Positions 1 to 12,555 of a stretch of DNA of 64,000 nucleotides are shown in pieces. Source of the DNA: Octopus sinensis (taxonomy: Eukaryota); assembly GCF_006345805.1 (NCBI RefSeq), contig NC_042998.1, positions 181,350,001 to 181,414,000 of the forward strand. The letters are read 5' to 3'. The position numbers were made by a program, and so were the translations under genes. The notes below the pieces were generated by a model. The model was not told the origin of the DNA. It made no database searches and saw only the letters and a program-made list of their open reading frames with translations. Position 1 is the stretch's first letter, and every line of letters starts with the position of its first letter.

Positions 1-463
1 ATATTTAGCTCTAAAGTTACCAAAGTAGCTAAGGTTTTGAAAGTTTCGTGCGTCACACTTAACAAACTTTGATAAGTGCACCGCACAAAAGCTTCATACC
101 TTGGGTCGCATATGCAACTTTACAGTTTAACATATATGTCTATGTGTGTATATATGCATGCATAAATATATACACATATATACGAGAAGTGTTATTTATT
201 TTAACTCGTTTCCTGTGTCTGCGAGTAGCTGCGGACAACTACCAAAATGTATTCTAATTGAAACAAGCGGAACAGATATTAAAAATGAGGTACTTTTTCA
301 CGAGTCACCTGTCGAGACACATATGCACCAATAATATACCACAACTGTTTGCTCGTGAAGGACCGATGTACGAAGAGTGGAAACGATCGTAGTGATTAAC
401 AATTAATCTCATGAATTCCATTTTCTTTTTCTTTCTCCCATATTTTATATCAACATATATACA

Positions 464-1663
464 CAGGGATTGGACAAAATAATGGAAACACCTAGTATCA
501 TAGCATCATAATTTTGAAATATCTATAAAGCCGTCCAAAGCTTGATTATTTTTATGGGTTTTTTTTCATTTATTATTAGTGTTACTTAATATGTTTTGCT
601 AAAATTGCTGTTTCTTTTCAGATATCATCACAAAAAGGGAATTAAAATTCATTAAAATGACAGATCCATCGAACTTTCAAACAGGTCAAATTGTTGGTGC
701 TCGTATGACAGCCGCTAGCGTAACGAAAACAGCCGAAATGTTTGGTGTATCAAGAAGTACTGTCTCGAAAGTAACGACAGCCTTTGAGATAGGGGAAAAC
801 CTCCTCGTTGAAACAAAACTCCGGAAGAAAACCAAAACTTTCAAATAGGGAGCGTCGGACTCTTACGTGAATTGTTAGAAACGATCACAAAAGTACAGCT
901 CCCAAAGTTGCTGCAGAGCTTAATGACCATCTCGAGAACCCAGTTTCCACAAAAACTGTTCGCTGGGAGCTGCACAAAACCGGATTTCACGGGAGGGCTG
1001 CAATCAGAAAAGCACAACTTTCAAAACAAACGTTGCTTAGTGTTTAGAGCGGAGTAAAACCTACAAAATTGGTCAGTGGAAGACTGTTATTTTCATGGAC
1101 GAGTCATCCTTTACCTTATTTCCGACCAGCGGCCAGAAATAAGGTATATATGGTGGAGGATCTGTGATGATCTTGGGAACTATATCTTGGAAATCCGCCG
1201 GCCCAATTGTTTCCCTTCATGGCAGAATTAATAGTCAAGGTTATTTAAGCATTTTATCTGATCAAATACATCCCATGGTTGTGGAACTGTTTCTGGAGGA
1301 GAACGCAATTTTTCAGGATGATAATGCACCAATTCACACAGCTAAAGTTGTTACTGAATGGCGCGAGGAACATTATAGTGAAGTTGAATATCTTATCTGG
1401 CCACCACAGTCCCCAGATCTCAAAATTATTGAACAGTTATGGTGCATTTTAGAAAAATAAAGAAGGAGTCGATATCCTTCACCATAATCACTACAAGAAC
1501 TTGAGACTGTTTTAGCCGAAGAATGGAAAACATTCTTTTGGAAACAATTCAAACTTTGTACGTAGAATTCAAGTTGTAATTACTGCCAAAGGTGGTCCTA
1601 CCCCATATTAAAATAGATGTGTTTGAAATTTTAATGTGTTTCCATTATTTTATCCAACCCTTG
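464..1663 (+). mobile_element. Full-length decayed Tc1/mariner DNA transposon, DD36E (Incomer-like), 1.2 kb
   Basis: 28-bp TIRs: CAGGGATTGGACAAAATAATGGAAACAC (464-491) vs reverse complement of 1636-1663, CAAGGGTTGGATAAAATAATGGAAACAC (3 mismatches). TA follows the right end. Encloses transposase fragments. Confidence 0.9.
657..1611 (+). pseudogene. Tc1-family transposase pseudogene (frameshifts, stops, small internal deletion)
   Basis: N-terminus MTDPSNFQTGQIVGARM..ASVTKTAEMFGVSRSTVSKV; first catalytic D in VIFMDESSFTLFPTSG (~1087-1133); GGGSVMILGTISW; FQDDNAPIHTA...WPPQSPDLKIIE with 36 residues between D and E; C-terminus AKGGPTPY-stop at 1609-1611. Confidence 0.88.
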
Positions 1664-1698
1664 TACATAGTTATATGTGTACATATACATACATGCAC

Positions 1699-1735
<37 letters not shown>

Positions 1736-1755
1736 TGTGTGTGTGTGTACATACA

Positions 1756-2090
1756 GGCGTGGCAGTGTAATAAGAAGTTTGCTTCCAAACTAAATGGCTT
1801 TGGGTTCAGTCCCACTCCGTGACATCTTGGGTAAATGTGTTCTACCAAAGCCTAGTGAGTGGTTTGGTCGATGGAAACGGAAAAAGCATGTCGTGTGTGT
1901 GTGTATGTATCCACCACCGCTTGACAACCGGTTTGGTTTGTTTGCGTCTACATAGCTTAATGGTTCAGCGAAAGAGAGCGATAGAATAAGTACCAGCAGG
2001 CTTTAAAATAATTGCTGTGGTCGATTTATTCGACTGAACACTTCAAGCCATGCCTTAACTGCAATCAAATGACTGAATCAAGTAAAAATA

Positions 2091-2095
<5 letters not shown>
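1756..2095 (+). mobile_element. tRNA-derived SINE, family B (decayed copy)
   Basis: A-box-like GGCGTGGCAGTGTAATAAG, B-box GGGTTCAGTCCC, core CTTGGGTAAATGTG and 3' GACTGAATCAAGTAAAA; matches copies at 41841 and 62741. Confidence 0.75.
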
Positions 2096-2160
<65 letters not shown>

Positions 2161-2180
2161 GTATATGTGTGTACACACAC

Positions 2181-2430
2181 AGTATAACGATCCTTCCCGA
2201 GTCATGTAGACTCATAGGCCCGGTCTCCTGGCTTCCGTAGTACATATACTCCTCCCTGCACAGGACACCGCTCCGTCACAGCATTACTCATTTTTGCCAG
2301 CTAAGTAGTCTAGAGCGACGTGAAATGAGGAGTTTTTCTCAAGAACATAATGAGCTGTCCGGTCTAGGAACCAAAATCACTATGTTATGAGCATGGGTCA
2401 ACATCCTAACCACTAAGCTACCCGTCTCCA
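2181..2430 (-). mobile_element. tRNA-derived SINE, third family (decayed)
   Basis: Minus strand starts with a tRNA-like head (GGTAGCTTAGTGGTTAGGATG...GGTTCCTAGACC) followed by a central domain AGCTGGCAAAAATGAGTAA. Confidence 0.5.
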
Positions 2431-2474
2431 CACACGCATGCGCTTGCACACACACACACACACGCTTCATTTCA

Positions 2475-2637
2475 TCATCATCATCATTATCATCATTTAA
2501 CGTTTGTTTTCCATGCTGGCATGAGTTGGACGGTTTGACTGAAAACTGGTTAGCTGGGGAACTCCACCTGGTTTCAATCTGATTTGGAATGGTTTCAACG
2601 GCTGGATGCTCTTCCTAACGCCAACCACTCCAAACGT

Positions 2638-2640
<3 letters not shown>
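2475..2640 (-). mobile_element. Retroposon 3' tail (SINE/RTE-type) ending in (GAT)n
   Basis: Reverse complement of the 57728-57870 tail (GGCGTTAGGAAG.GCATCCAGC...CCGTCCAAC.CATGC.AGCATGGAAAAC..ACGTTAAA) plus (GAT)n. Confidence 0.6.
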
Positions 2641-2685
<45 letters not shown>

Positions 2686-3209
2686 GAGAGAGAGAGATTA
2701 TATCTCGGTATATATGCGCACGTGTGTGTATCTGTGTTTAGGTAAACATACACAAACAAGGACTGTTGCATGATTACAAGGTAGGCTTTTCAAATATGTA
2801 TCTTGCAATACTTTTGATTCTATTGATGCTTAGTGCTTGATCACTTTGCCTAAACACTGGTGCTTTGAGAATCTAAATAAATCTTCCATTGTATTATATA
2901 TCACACTATGTCTGTGATTTTATTTTACACCGTTGTTGTTATTTATATTGCTTTACGTCCCGGTAATTAGCGGTTCGACAAACAGAGCCTCATGAAATCA
3001 GGAACGGACTTGTTATGAATGACGAAAACTCTTCAAGGCTCTTCCTTCAACATTGCCGGAATCGAATAACTGAAACCAAATAAAAAAAAATAATAAAAGA
3101 GTATAAAAAATATTCGATTTATCTTTAAATATATAGATTACTGTTCTGGAAATATACATTCTCTAAAATTTTCACTATTTCGAAATATATGAGTTTATAT
3201 GTGTACATG

Positions 3210-3275
3210 TCTGTATATATATATATATATATATGTACACACGCGCACTACAGATATATATGCATGTTTATTCAT

Positions 3276-3328
<53 letters not shown>

Positions 3329-3382
3329 AACTTTATGTGTGTGTGTATACATATATATATATATACATATATATATACATAC

Positions 3383-3415
<33 letters not shown>

Positions 3416-3441
3416 ATATATATATACATACATACATATAT

Positions 3442-3473
<32 letters not shown>

Positions 3474-3581
3474 ATATATATATATACATATATATATATA
3501 TATGTATTTATATATATATATGTATATATATATGTATGCACACACACACACACATAAAGTTTTTATTTATATATATATACA

Positions 3582-3667
<86 letters not shown>

Positions 3668-3690
3668 CATACATATGTATATATATCTAT
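3210..3690. repeat. Long interrupted (TA)n/(TACA)n/(CA)n microsatellite field
   Basis: Directly visible; source of the spurious IY/YI ORFs. Confidence 0.95.
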
Positions 3691-4181
3691 AAAGCTTCGG
3701 TGCTGAATATGACTTTAGCCCGAAGCATAAAATTAATTCAAGATTGTTCAATGGCAAAGCAGAGAGTTTAGTTACCGCTGTCAGTCATTACCGTTATTGT
3801 CGGATGAAACTAATGCATCACTTGAAAACGTTTCCTAAAACCAGCAATGTGTAGCGAAATGATTAGATTCCGCTGTACCTTGATTGCACTATTATTGATA
3901 AACTGACATAAACAGATTTCAAGGAAACTGTTACTTCGTTCTGTATTTTTTTTTTTTTTTGTTTTAGTTGTCGTTCTTTTGCGTTTATTTCTATATCTTT
4001 GATTTGCTTTCTTTGTCTGATTATTTCCTGCTGTTGTTGTTGTTGTTGTTGAAGTTATTTTTCTTTGGAATTAGCTACAACAAAATAGTTCAATGAAATT
4101 AGCAGCCAAAAATAATTATATATGCATACACATGTATGTATAAATACACATATACACATACACAAATACTGATACATAAAT

Positions 4182-4221
<40 letters not shown>

Positions 4222-4779
4222 GAGCGTAGATGCTTACATATATATATATATGTAAATATATATATAATTTATATATTTGTCTATGTATTCATACACATAT
4301 ATATATATAGGTGTGTGTATATATATACATATTTACAGACGCACACACACACATATATATATATATATATAATATATATATAATTTTGTATGCGTGTATG
4401 CCTATGAGTTGTAAAGGAATGTAGGTATTTGTAGCTAGTTATGTATACACATATATGAAAGTTTTGCATATATATGAAACTATATATATACAAGTGTGTT
4501 TGCTCATCTGTGTGCATATATACATATATACGGTGGAGTGTATGCATGTATTTATTTGTCTGTGTGACTTGTTTCATACATGTGTGTATATATTTAACTG
4601 GATAGATAGATAGATTCCTCAGTAGATCAATACATAAGTTTCTATACTAACAATATCGCTTAATAAGGAAGGATGCATGCTTGAAGGAGTTTGTGAATTA
4701 AAGGATTTTCTAGTTGTTGCTGGTGGTAGTGATGGAATTGCTGGCGACAGTAGTGGCTGCAGTGGCGGCGGCGTCATGC

Positions 4780-4856
<77 letters not shown>

Positions 4857-4960
4857 GTGGTGGTGGTGGTGGTGGTGGTGGTGGTGGTGGTGGTGGTGTG
4901 GTGGTGGTGGTGGTGGTGGTGGTGGTGGTGGTGGTGGTGGTGGTGGTGGCGGTGGTGGTT
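4780..4960. repeat. Compound trinucleotide repeat (AGT)n(AGC)n(GGT)n
   Basis: Directly visible; poly-S/W/G and poly-T/P ORFs are repeat translations. Confidence 0.95.
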
Positions 4961-5301
4961 ATGGTTATGGTGGAGAGTGTTGTGGCTCTGGTTTTACTAA
5001 CTGGTTTTCGTGGAGGTGAGAGATCAGAGAGAAAAATCTTGGTATATCTAGCTAGGCTCAATCAGTAGATACATTTTGTCACATGTGTATAAGTAATCAC
5101 AATTTGTATGTGTCGGTGCTGTGTCTGTGTGTTTGTATGTGTATAATCATTATATGCATGTAGGTGCTTGCAGATATATAAACATGTATTTGTTCTTATA
5201 TGGTGAAATAAAAAAGAAACATACACGCGCGCGAGTGTGTATGTGTGTGTGTGTATGTGTCTATATATGTGAGTGCGTGTGTGTATATGTGTGTGTATAT
5301 A

Positions 5302-5353
<52 letters not shown>

Positions 5354-5561
5354 TATAGTTAATCCAAACACGAAGAGATAACACAACGCCAGGATGTTGA
5401 ACAAGTATAGTGTTATTGGACGTTCATATATATATGTATATATATATATGCATACATATATGTGTGTGTGTTAGTAGATAGATAGATAGATAGACATCAT
5501 ATATATTATACATTCATGTGTATATATATATATAGATATATATACATTTATATATATGTAC

Positions 5562-5628
<67 letters not shown>

Positions 5629-6109
5629 CATATATATGCATACATATATATACATGTGTGTGTGTGTATATATGTATACGTATGTATATATATATATGTA
5701 TATAGGTATGTTTGTATATATGTATGTAAAATGCACTGCATAATGCTTTTGGATAACTTGCAAGGTATGCATTTTTTATAACATTCAAGAATTTTAGTCA
5801 CGCTGTGGAATGTAAACAATGCCGCTGTTTATCTCTCGATGGGCAGAAAAAAATCTGTATTGTCTTGTTAGAGTTTCATGGATGAGGTACTAACATGAGA
5901 AACATCTAATCAGATCGATTTCATAAGTTCTACCCACGGAGTTATAAAAACTTTAAGTAAAATGATTTTGTTTACTTCGTCAGCGAATCTCACATTGTAT
6001 TTCTCTTCTATGTTTACTTATTTTAGTGGTTGGACCGCGGTCATGCTGGGGCATTTACTGGAAGGCTTTTTAGTCGAACAGATTGACGCTATTATTTACG
6101 TTAGTATGC

Positions 6110-6620
<511 letters not shown>

Positions 6621-6679
6621 TAGGCGTGCACGCATACACACGTACACACTCACATATCATGCACACACGCATACATACA

Positions 6680-7135
6680 GGCATGGTGGCTGCCCCCTCG
6701 TTATCGAGTATGGCCATTGCACGAAGCTTAATCAATGTTGTTATCGTGCAATGTCTGTGCAAGAAGATTTTTTTTAAGTGAAGAAAGGCTGTGCACTGAG
6801 TCAATCCCACTCACTAAGCAATAGCAGCCAAAATCCGAAAAGAAGAACCAGTCAACATCATCGGTAACCACTGTTCCGCAGGTCTTATGTCGGAGTTAGC
6901 CCAGTTACCTGAGTTACCTTCTCCTAGAAGGATGCCCTAACAAAGGCTATGAGTCCTTCACTCCCAATGGTTTAACCGCGCGATCGGGTATTCAGTCCGA
7001 TTATTTCTATGTCCCCGCGCATGATACATCCTTAAGACATTTATTGGATGGCCGTTGACTCTCAAGAGTTCCTCCGCCCTTTGACAGGTTTTGTTTTTCA
7101 TCCCGCAGGGTGTCCAATAATCACCATACAGGCAT
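6680..7135 (-). mobile_element. GC-richer interspersed repeat, possibly the untranslated part of an RTE-clade element
   Basis: Non-coding, higher GC than flanks. Minus-strand motifs GGGCATCCTTCTAGGAGAAGGTAACTC and GACTCAGTGCACAGCCTTTCTTCAC resemble RTE-clade UTR motifs as I recall them; not verified. Confidence 0.35.
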
Positions 7136-7194
7136 ACATGCATACATACAAACATACATACGTATGTACGTACGTAACGTGTGTACGTACAGCT

Positions 7195-7695
7195 GCCCTG
7201 TAGATGTTAGCATAAAGCTTAAAGATCAGTAAAAAATAATTATTATGCTGAATTATTTAGAAATCTACAGCTACTCTCACCAGATTACAAGTTCAGGCTT
7301 TATACCTGTAATTATTGGTGCACTGGGATATGTAACAAACTATCTAAGTATCACTCGTGAGAAATTAGAATTCTCAGAACCAGAAAGGAGAAAGCTGATT
7401 CGAAGACTACAGATCCATGCCATCACTGGAACTATGAAAATTTACATAACATTCTAGAGATTTATCATATTACATGCGTATGTCTAAACATGCGACTATA
7501 TGCATGAGAATACATACATAAAATAAACAACCTGCACATGCACTGACTTCAAATACTGCACATAAACACACATATATGCAAAAATTCCATGTTGATGTTG
7601 TTGAAATTCCATAGAAAGAGCCTTGCATCTAGGTTAGAAACCGGCTCCATCTCTATTGGCAAAAAGATCTTGAAATAAAAACTGAATAATGACAT
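7195..7695 (+). mobile_element. RLE-type non-LTR retrotransposon (R4/Dong-like) lineage A, 3' end with (ATAC)n tail
   Basis: C-terminal RLE motif FIPVIIGALGYVT...LIRRLQIHAITGTMKIYITF-stop (7457). The 3' UTR ends AAATAAAACTGAATAATGAC, followed by (ATAC)n at 7696-7744. Confidence 0.75.
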
Positions 7696-7744
7696 ACATA
7701 CACACATACATACATACATACATACATACATACATACATACATA

Positions 7745-8270
7745 ACACTCGATACGGCAAGTCAAATATTTAGCGTGGGGAACTATTTATAGCGAATACA
7801 ATCTTCGACTTTGAAGCCCTGTTTAATAACTGGTTAATCTTCAGATGACTTATCTGAGGGAGCCTTTTATTCAAAATTATAGTTGATTTTCGGCTGAAAC
7901 TTGACTTGACCACGCAAAAAAGTTACTACAAACAAGATAGCTTGGCTCGACAACCTCAGCAACACACCTGAAGAACAGAATGAAACTAACATGAAAACAG
8001 GGAAACAGATTCTTACTGCGAAACAATTACGCCAACAAGCAACATATGTGGAACATAGTAAGAAAATTAGTGAATGTAACATTATTCAAAGATCTGAAAA
8101 TAACTTTCGTCCAAACAATATAAAGAAAAGTGTGAACGATGTTAGAACACCACAGGTAACAACATTCCAACAAATACTACACTGCCTGCCAGCCAAACTA
8201 CATTATAAGCTGAAGCAACTAACCACTGTCCCTCTACTATGACTATGGTAAATAGCAGGCACAACCACAA
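7745..8270 (+). mobile_element. Probable N-terminal fragment of a lineage-A RLE LINE
   Basis: Starts right after (ATAC)n; A-rich decayed ORF (KQILTAKQLRQQATYVEHSKKISE). Assignment by context only. Confidence 0.35.
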
Positions 8271-8360
8271 TGATCATAGTAGTAGTAGTCAGGGTTGTAT
8301 ATCGGTGAAATATGCCCTTAAAATCTTTCAATAAAAAGTAACTTTGACTTATAAATACTC

Positions 8361-8391
<31 letters not shown>

Positions 8392-8393
8392 TT

Positions 8394-8460
<67 letters not shown>

Positions 8461-8479
8461 CTCAGTGCAGTAGTGGAAA

Positions 8480-9530
8480 TCAACATAAACAGAAAAAAAA
8501 CTATTTAGAAATCTAAAGTTACTCTGCCAGGATTACAAGTTTAGGTTTATACCAGTAATTATTGGGGGATACTGGCATATGTAACAAACTTCCTAAACAT
8601 CAATCTTGAGAAATTATGATTCTCAAAACCAGAAAGGAGAAAGCTAATTAGAAGGTTACAGATTCAAGCCATGAATGGAACTTGGCCAAATTTTGCATAC
8701 ACTTCGAAAGGGAGAGAGGCAGTATTCCTTCTCAATTAAACAAAAGACCAACAGGCACAGTGAGTATTTACAGTAGTATAATGAACCCTCATTCTTGCAG
8801 ACTACGGTCTGTAAGTACTGTCTACTACTGCAAAGTAGTACATGAACGACACTCAAAAAGTAAACAATACCGAAACAACAAAAAATATGCCTGCATAGAT
8901 TTTGAAGACAGACAAAAAAAATGGCTGATTTACGGAAGACCATCAACCATGTCATGATGCTTATTACATGCAAACGAGCCAATCAGTATACGTCCCACAA
9001 TCAAAAAGTGATAGGAGATAGAAGTGATGTTTGAGGAGGAAAAAAGGAACACTCAATTGCAAGCTGGTTACCCTTAATCAGGAGCTAAAATCGGTCAGTG
9101 AGAAACTGACATCAGAGGAAAATGTTCGAAAGAAATCAAATAACAGAAAATTTAACCGGAACCCTGCAGCAGTGAAAAAACACATGAGAAGAAGCAGTAA
9201 ATATCTTAGGAGTTCCTTCAGGGGGAGACATAAGACTCCAGGAGAAAATTCTGGATGACCTGTAGCTGAAAGTAATTCGAAGTAATTATTGTCCCTGCAT
9301 AACCCCCAAGACATTCAGTATCGACGGTGATACGTTTGTGACTATAATCCAGAAACTTCAGGATGGAAAAGCACCTGCACTAACTCCAAATACTATGCGC
9401 GTATACATAAGCATACACAAATACCCAGTTGATGTTGTTGATATTCCAATAAGGGAGCCTTGGGTCTAGGTTAGAAACCGGCTCTTTCTCTATTAGCAAG
9501 AAATCGTGAAATAAAGCTGAATAATTAATA
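8480..9530 (+). mobile_element. Composite of lineage-A RLE LINE fragments (C-terminus, pre-RT region, 3' UTR)
   Basis: 8480-8700 repeats the coding end of 7245-7457. 9031-9375 is a decayed pre-RT region (LVTLNQELKSVSEKL). 9380-9530 repeats the 3' UTR of 7540-7695 and ends in (ATAC)n. Confidence 0.6.
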
Positions 9531-9630
9531 ACATACACACATACATACATACATACATACATACATACATACATACATACATACATACATACATACATAC
9601 ATACATACATACATACATACATACATACAT
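9531..9630. repeat. (ATAC)n tetranucleotide array (LINE tail / target)
   Basis: Directly visible between two LINE fragments. Confidence 0.95.
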
Positions 9631-9845
9631 AACCGGAACCAGGCAGCAGTATACAGAGACATGAGAGAAAGAGCAGTAAATATCTTCACGAAGAGACATA
9701 GACTCCTTCCGGAGGAAAATCTGGAATGAAAAGGAGTTTAACCAAGATGCTCTGTGGCTGGAAAAAAATCAGAAGAAGTTATTGCTCCTGCGTTACTTCC
9801 AAGACATGCAACATTGATGGTGAAACTCTTGAAACTGTGATCTAC
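9631..9845 (+). mobile_element. 5'-truncated lineage-A LINE fragment
   Basis: Paralogous to 9155-9350 (CCGGAACC..GCAGCAGT...GCAGTAAATATCTT...GAGACATA.GACTCC); begins directly after (ATAC)n. Confidence 0.5.
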
Positions 9846-10741
9846 CGATGAGACATTATTTCTTTTATGGAGAAGACAATATGACGACGGAAGAAACATC
9901 AGTAGCATATCCTTATACGATGAATGACGGTTTGGTCGCGTAGACGAAGTCGAGAAGGAGAAAAAGGATTACGTATCCACAGGTCAGAAATTCGTCCGAT
10001 GGTCACCATTTCAGAAGGTATTGTGATCTAGAACATCGTGATGCGTGTGCTGCGTCGGGGTCACCATTTTAGAAGGTCGAGGAGATGTGTTCCAAGTCGA
10101 GGTCACCATTATAGTTGGTGGTGTTTTCACTGTGATGCCATCTAATGATCACTCTGTTCAAAAGACTGTAATATATCATTCGACAAAGAAACACTGTACA
10201 AAGAATTCATAGAACAAACTGCAACTTTAAATACCTTTACACAAGATTTCAAATATATACAAATTGAATAATAATGGAAAATGTTTGATGAATGGAGTCC
10301 ATGTTCATCTTCAGTGTATTACCTCATGTCTGCTGGCTGCCGCGTGTATCTAGTACCAGGTCATGCCTTTACGCTCCGGCGTCTCTATGCGAAAGAGGAA
10401 GGTCCAGGGCTTAGTGTCCGAACCTTAGCGATGTTTGCACTATCTAGTGGCGGGTATTTTAAACAACCGCCGTCAAGGGAGATAACTGCGCCGACATAAT
10501 CTTGAAATAAACTGAACAATGACATACAGACGTATGTACGTTCATACATACATATGTATGTATGTTCATACATGTATGGACATTCATACATACATAACTT
10601 GAATACTGCTATTAAATGGTTTGCCAACTTTGTCACTTCAGTGAATAGGACAATTTTTATGGAAGCAAATATTGTCATTTAAAATGTTTTCTGATTTCGT
10701 TACCTGCCTTATGTACACTAAAATAATAATATATTTTTATT

Positions 10742-11156
10742 TATTTCTTTACTACCCACAAGGGGCTAAACATAGAGGGGACAAACAAAGACAGACAAAG
10801 GGATTAAGTCGATTATATCAACCCCAGTGCGAAACTGGTACTTATTTAATCGACCCCGAAACGATGAATGGCAAAGTCGACCTCGGCGGAATTTGAACTC
10901 AGAACGTAACGACAGACGAAATACCTATTTCTTTATTACCCACAAGGGGCTAAACATAGAAGGGACAAACAAGGACAGACATAGGTATTAAGTCGATTAC
11001 ATCGACCCCAGTGCGTAACTGGTACTTAATTTATCGACCCCGAAAGGATGAAAGGTAAAGTCGACCTCGGCGGAAGTTGAACTCGGCGGAATTTGTAACG
11101 GTAGACGAAATACCGCTAAGCATTTCGCCCGGCGCGCTAACGTTTCTGCCAGCTCG
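10742..11156 (-). mobile_element. Two head-to-tail tRNA-derived SINEs, family A (one full, one 5'-truncated)
   Basis: Head CGAGCTGGCAGAAACGTTAGC, B-box GAGTTCAA(A/C)TTCC, core GCCTTTCATCCTTTCGGGGTCGATAAATTAAGTACCAG, tail CCCCTTGTGGGTAATAAAGAAATA. Copies at 10926-11156 and 10742-10923. Confidence 0.85.
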
Positions 11157-11819
11157 AGCTATTATCATCTGTTAATGAAACACCGTTTTTTAATGACATC
11201 ACAACGTAAGTATACACATCAGTTGTACCATTTATATATTATATATTGAAAACAAGGGTTCTGGCCCATGCTGTTTGTTCATAATTTTAGGTAATGTTTA
11301 AATTTACGATCGTAAACAATATGTATAAAATTAATACTTCCGGTATATTCGATCACAAAACCTGATAATTTTTTTATTTTTGCTTTTTTTTGTGGTTTTT
11401 TGGTTTGGTTTGGTTTTGTTGCGTTTACATAACACCATGTAAGTAACAGGGGGGAAATCGAAACGGAAATTGCGAAATGTTGTTAGTCTCTGCATCCGCA
11501 TAATGGACGAATTATTATTACATCACGCGACGATAATGTTGTTTAGTACAGCTTACTTATTCCTAAATTAATTTCATTATTATTATCATTTGCTTCAATT
11601 TAATTTCTTTCATTACTTATGTACAAAAACTATCTTTCCCTTAATTTTGTGCGTTTATTTTTTTCTTTGGTTCGCTGGAAACCAACAGTTTTGTATTTTT
11701 CTTTCGAGCAGTTCAATCAAGGATCAGTAACTTTTTTTTCTGTCCCAGATATATTTAGCTTCTAAAAAACATTCTTACTAGATATAAAATAATTATGATT
11801 ATGTGTGTGTGTGCGAGTG

Positions 11820-11826
11820 TAGTAGC

Positions 11827-11871
<45 letters not shown>

Positions 11872-11887
11872 GGTGGTGGTGGTGGTG

Positions 11888-11945
<58 letters not shown>

Positions 11946-11956
11946 CAGCAGTAGTA
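11820..11956. repeat. Compound (AGT)n(GGT)n(AGT)n repeat
   Basis: Directly visible. Confidence 0.95.
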
Positions 11957-11985
11957 GAATAAAGCGAAAGTTCTTGATACGGTAT

Positions 11986-12293
11986 TATATATATTGGAAA
12001 GAATGAGTAGAGATGACTTTTTGAGGGGATAAGTTTTATTTTAATATTAATAATAATGTTTACAGTGAGTTACTCTCATATGGGTTTCAAGCATCAAGTA
12101 GCCGTTTTCGAACTGAAAAATATATGTTTATTGGTTGCTTAAATAGCAAAAGATTTTCTTACAAGTATACATACAAAAAATATATACATAATAAGGGAAA
12201 AGAAAAAATAATGAATAAATAAATAAAAGAAATAAGAAGAGTAAAGTAAAAAAAAAAATAAAATACATATATATATATATATATGTATATATA

Positions 12294-12355
<62 letters not shown>

Positions 12356-12550
12356 AATACAAAACCACATGGGAAAGAGAGAAGAAGAAGAAGAAGAAGA
12401 AGAGGAAGAGGAAAAGAAGAAGAGGAAGAAGAGGAAGAGGAAGAAGAAGAAGAAGAAGAAGAAGAAGAAGAAGAAGAAGAAGAAGAAGAAGAGCAATAAC
12501 AACAAGAGGAAGGGAGAAAGAAGGCTAAGAAGGAGAAAGAGAAGAAGAAG
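11986..12550 (-). repeat. Left arm of long inverted repeat
   Basis: Reverse complement of 14600-15078, e.g. GAATGAGTAGAGATGACTTTTTGAGGGGAT vs GAATGTGTAGAGATGGCTTTTTGAGGGGAT; same order of unique, (TA)n and (GAA)n blocks. Confidence 0.8.
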
Positions 12551-12555
12551 AAGAA

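Noticed and set aside
5905-5990. Minus-strand CTGACGA plus AGTAAA/TTTACT stem and a downstream GAAATCGATC
   Set aside because: Stem II is followed by TAAA not GAAA, and no stem I pairing can be formed; not a complete hammerhead.
7040-7130. Possible HDV-like ribozyme in the RTE-like repeat (and at the 5' edge of LINE pieces, 7745-7910 and 10330-10490)
   Set aside because: Could not assemble P1/P1.1/P2/P3 consistently by eye; needs an RNAmotif HDV descriptor search.
9981-10114. CRISPR-like repeat-spacer appearance
   Set aside because: Only three 10-19-bp repeats, eukaryotic context, no cas genes.
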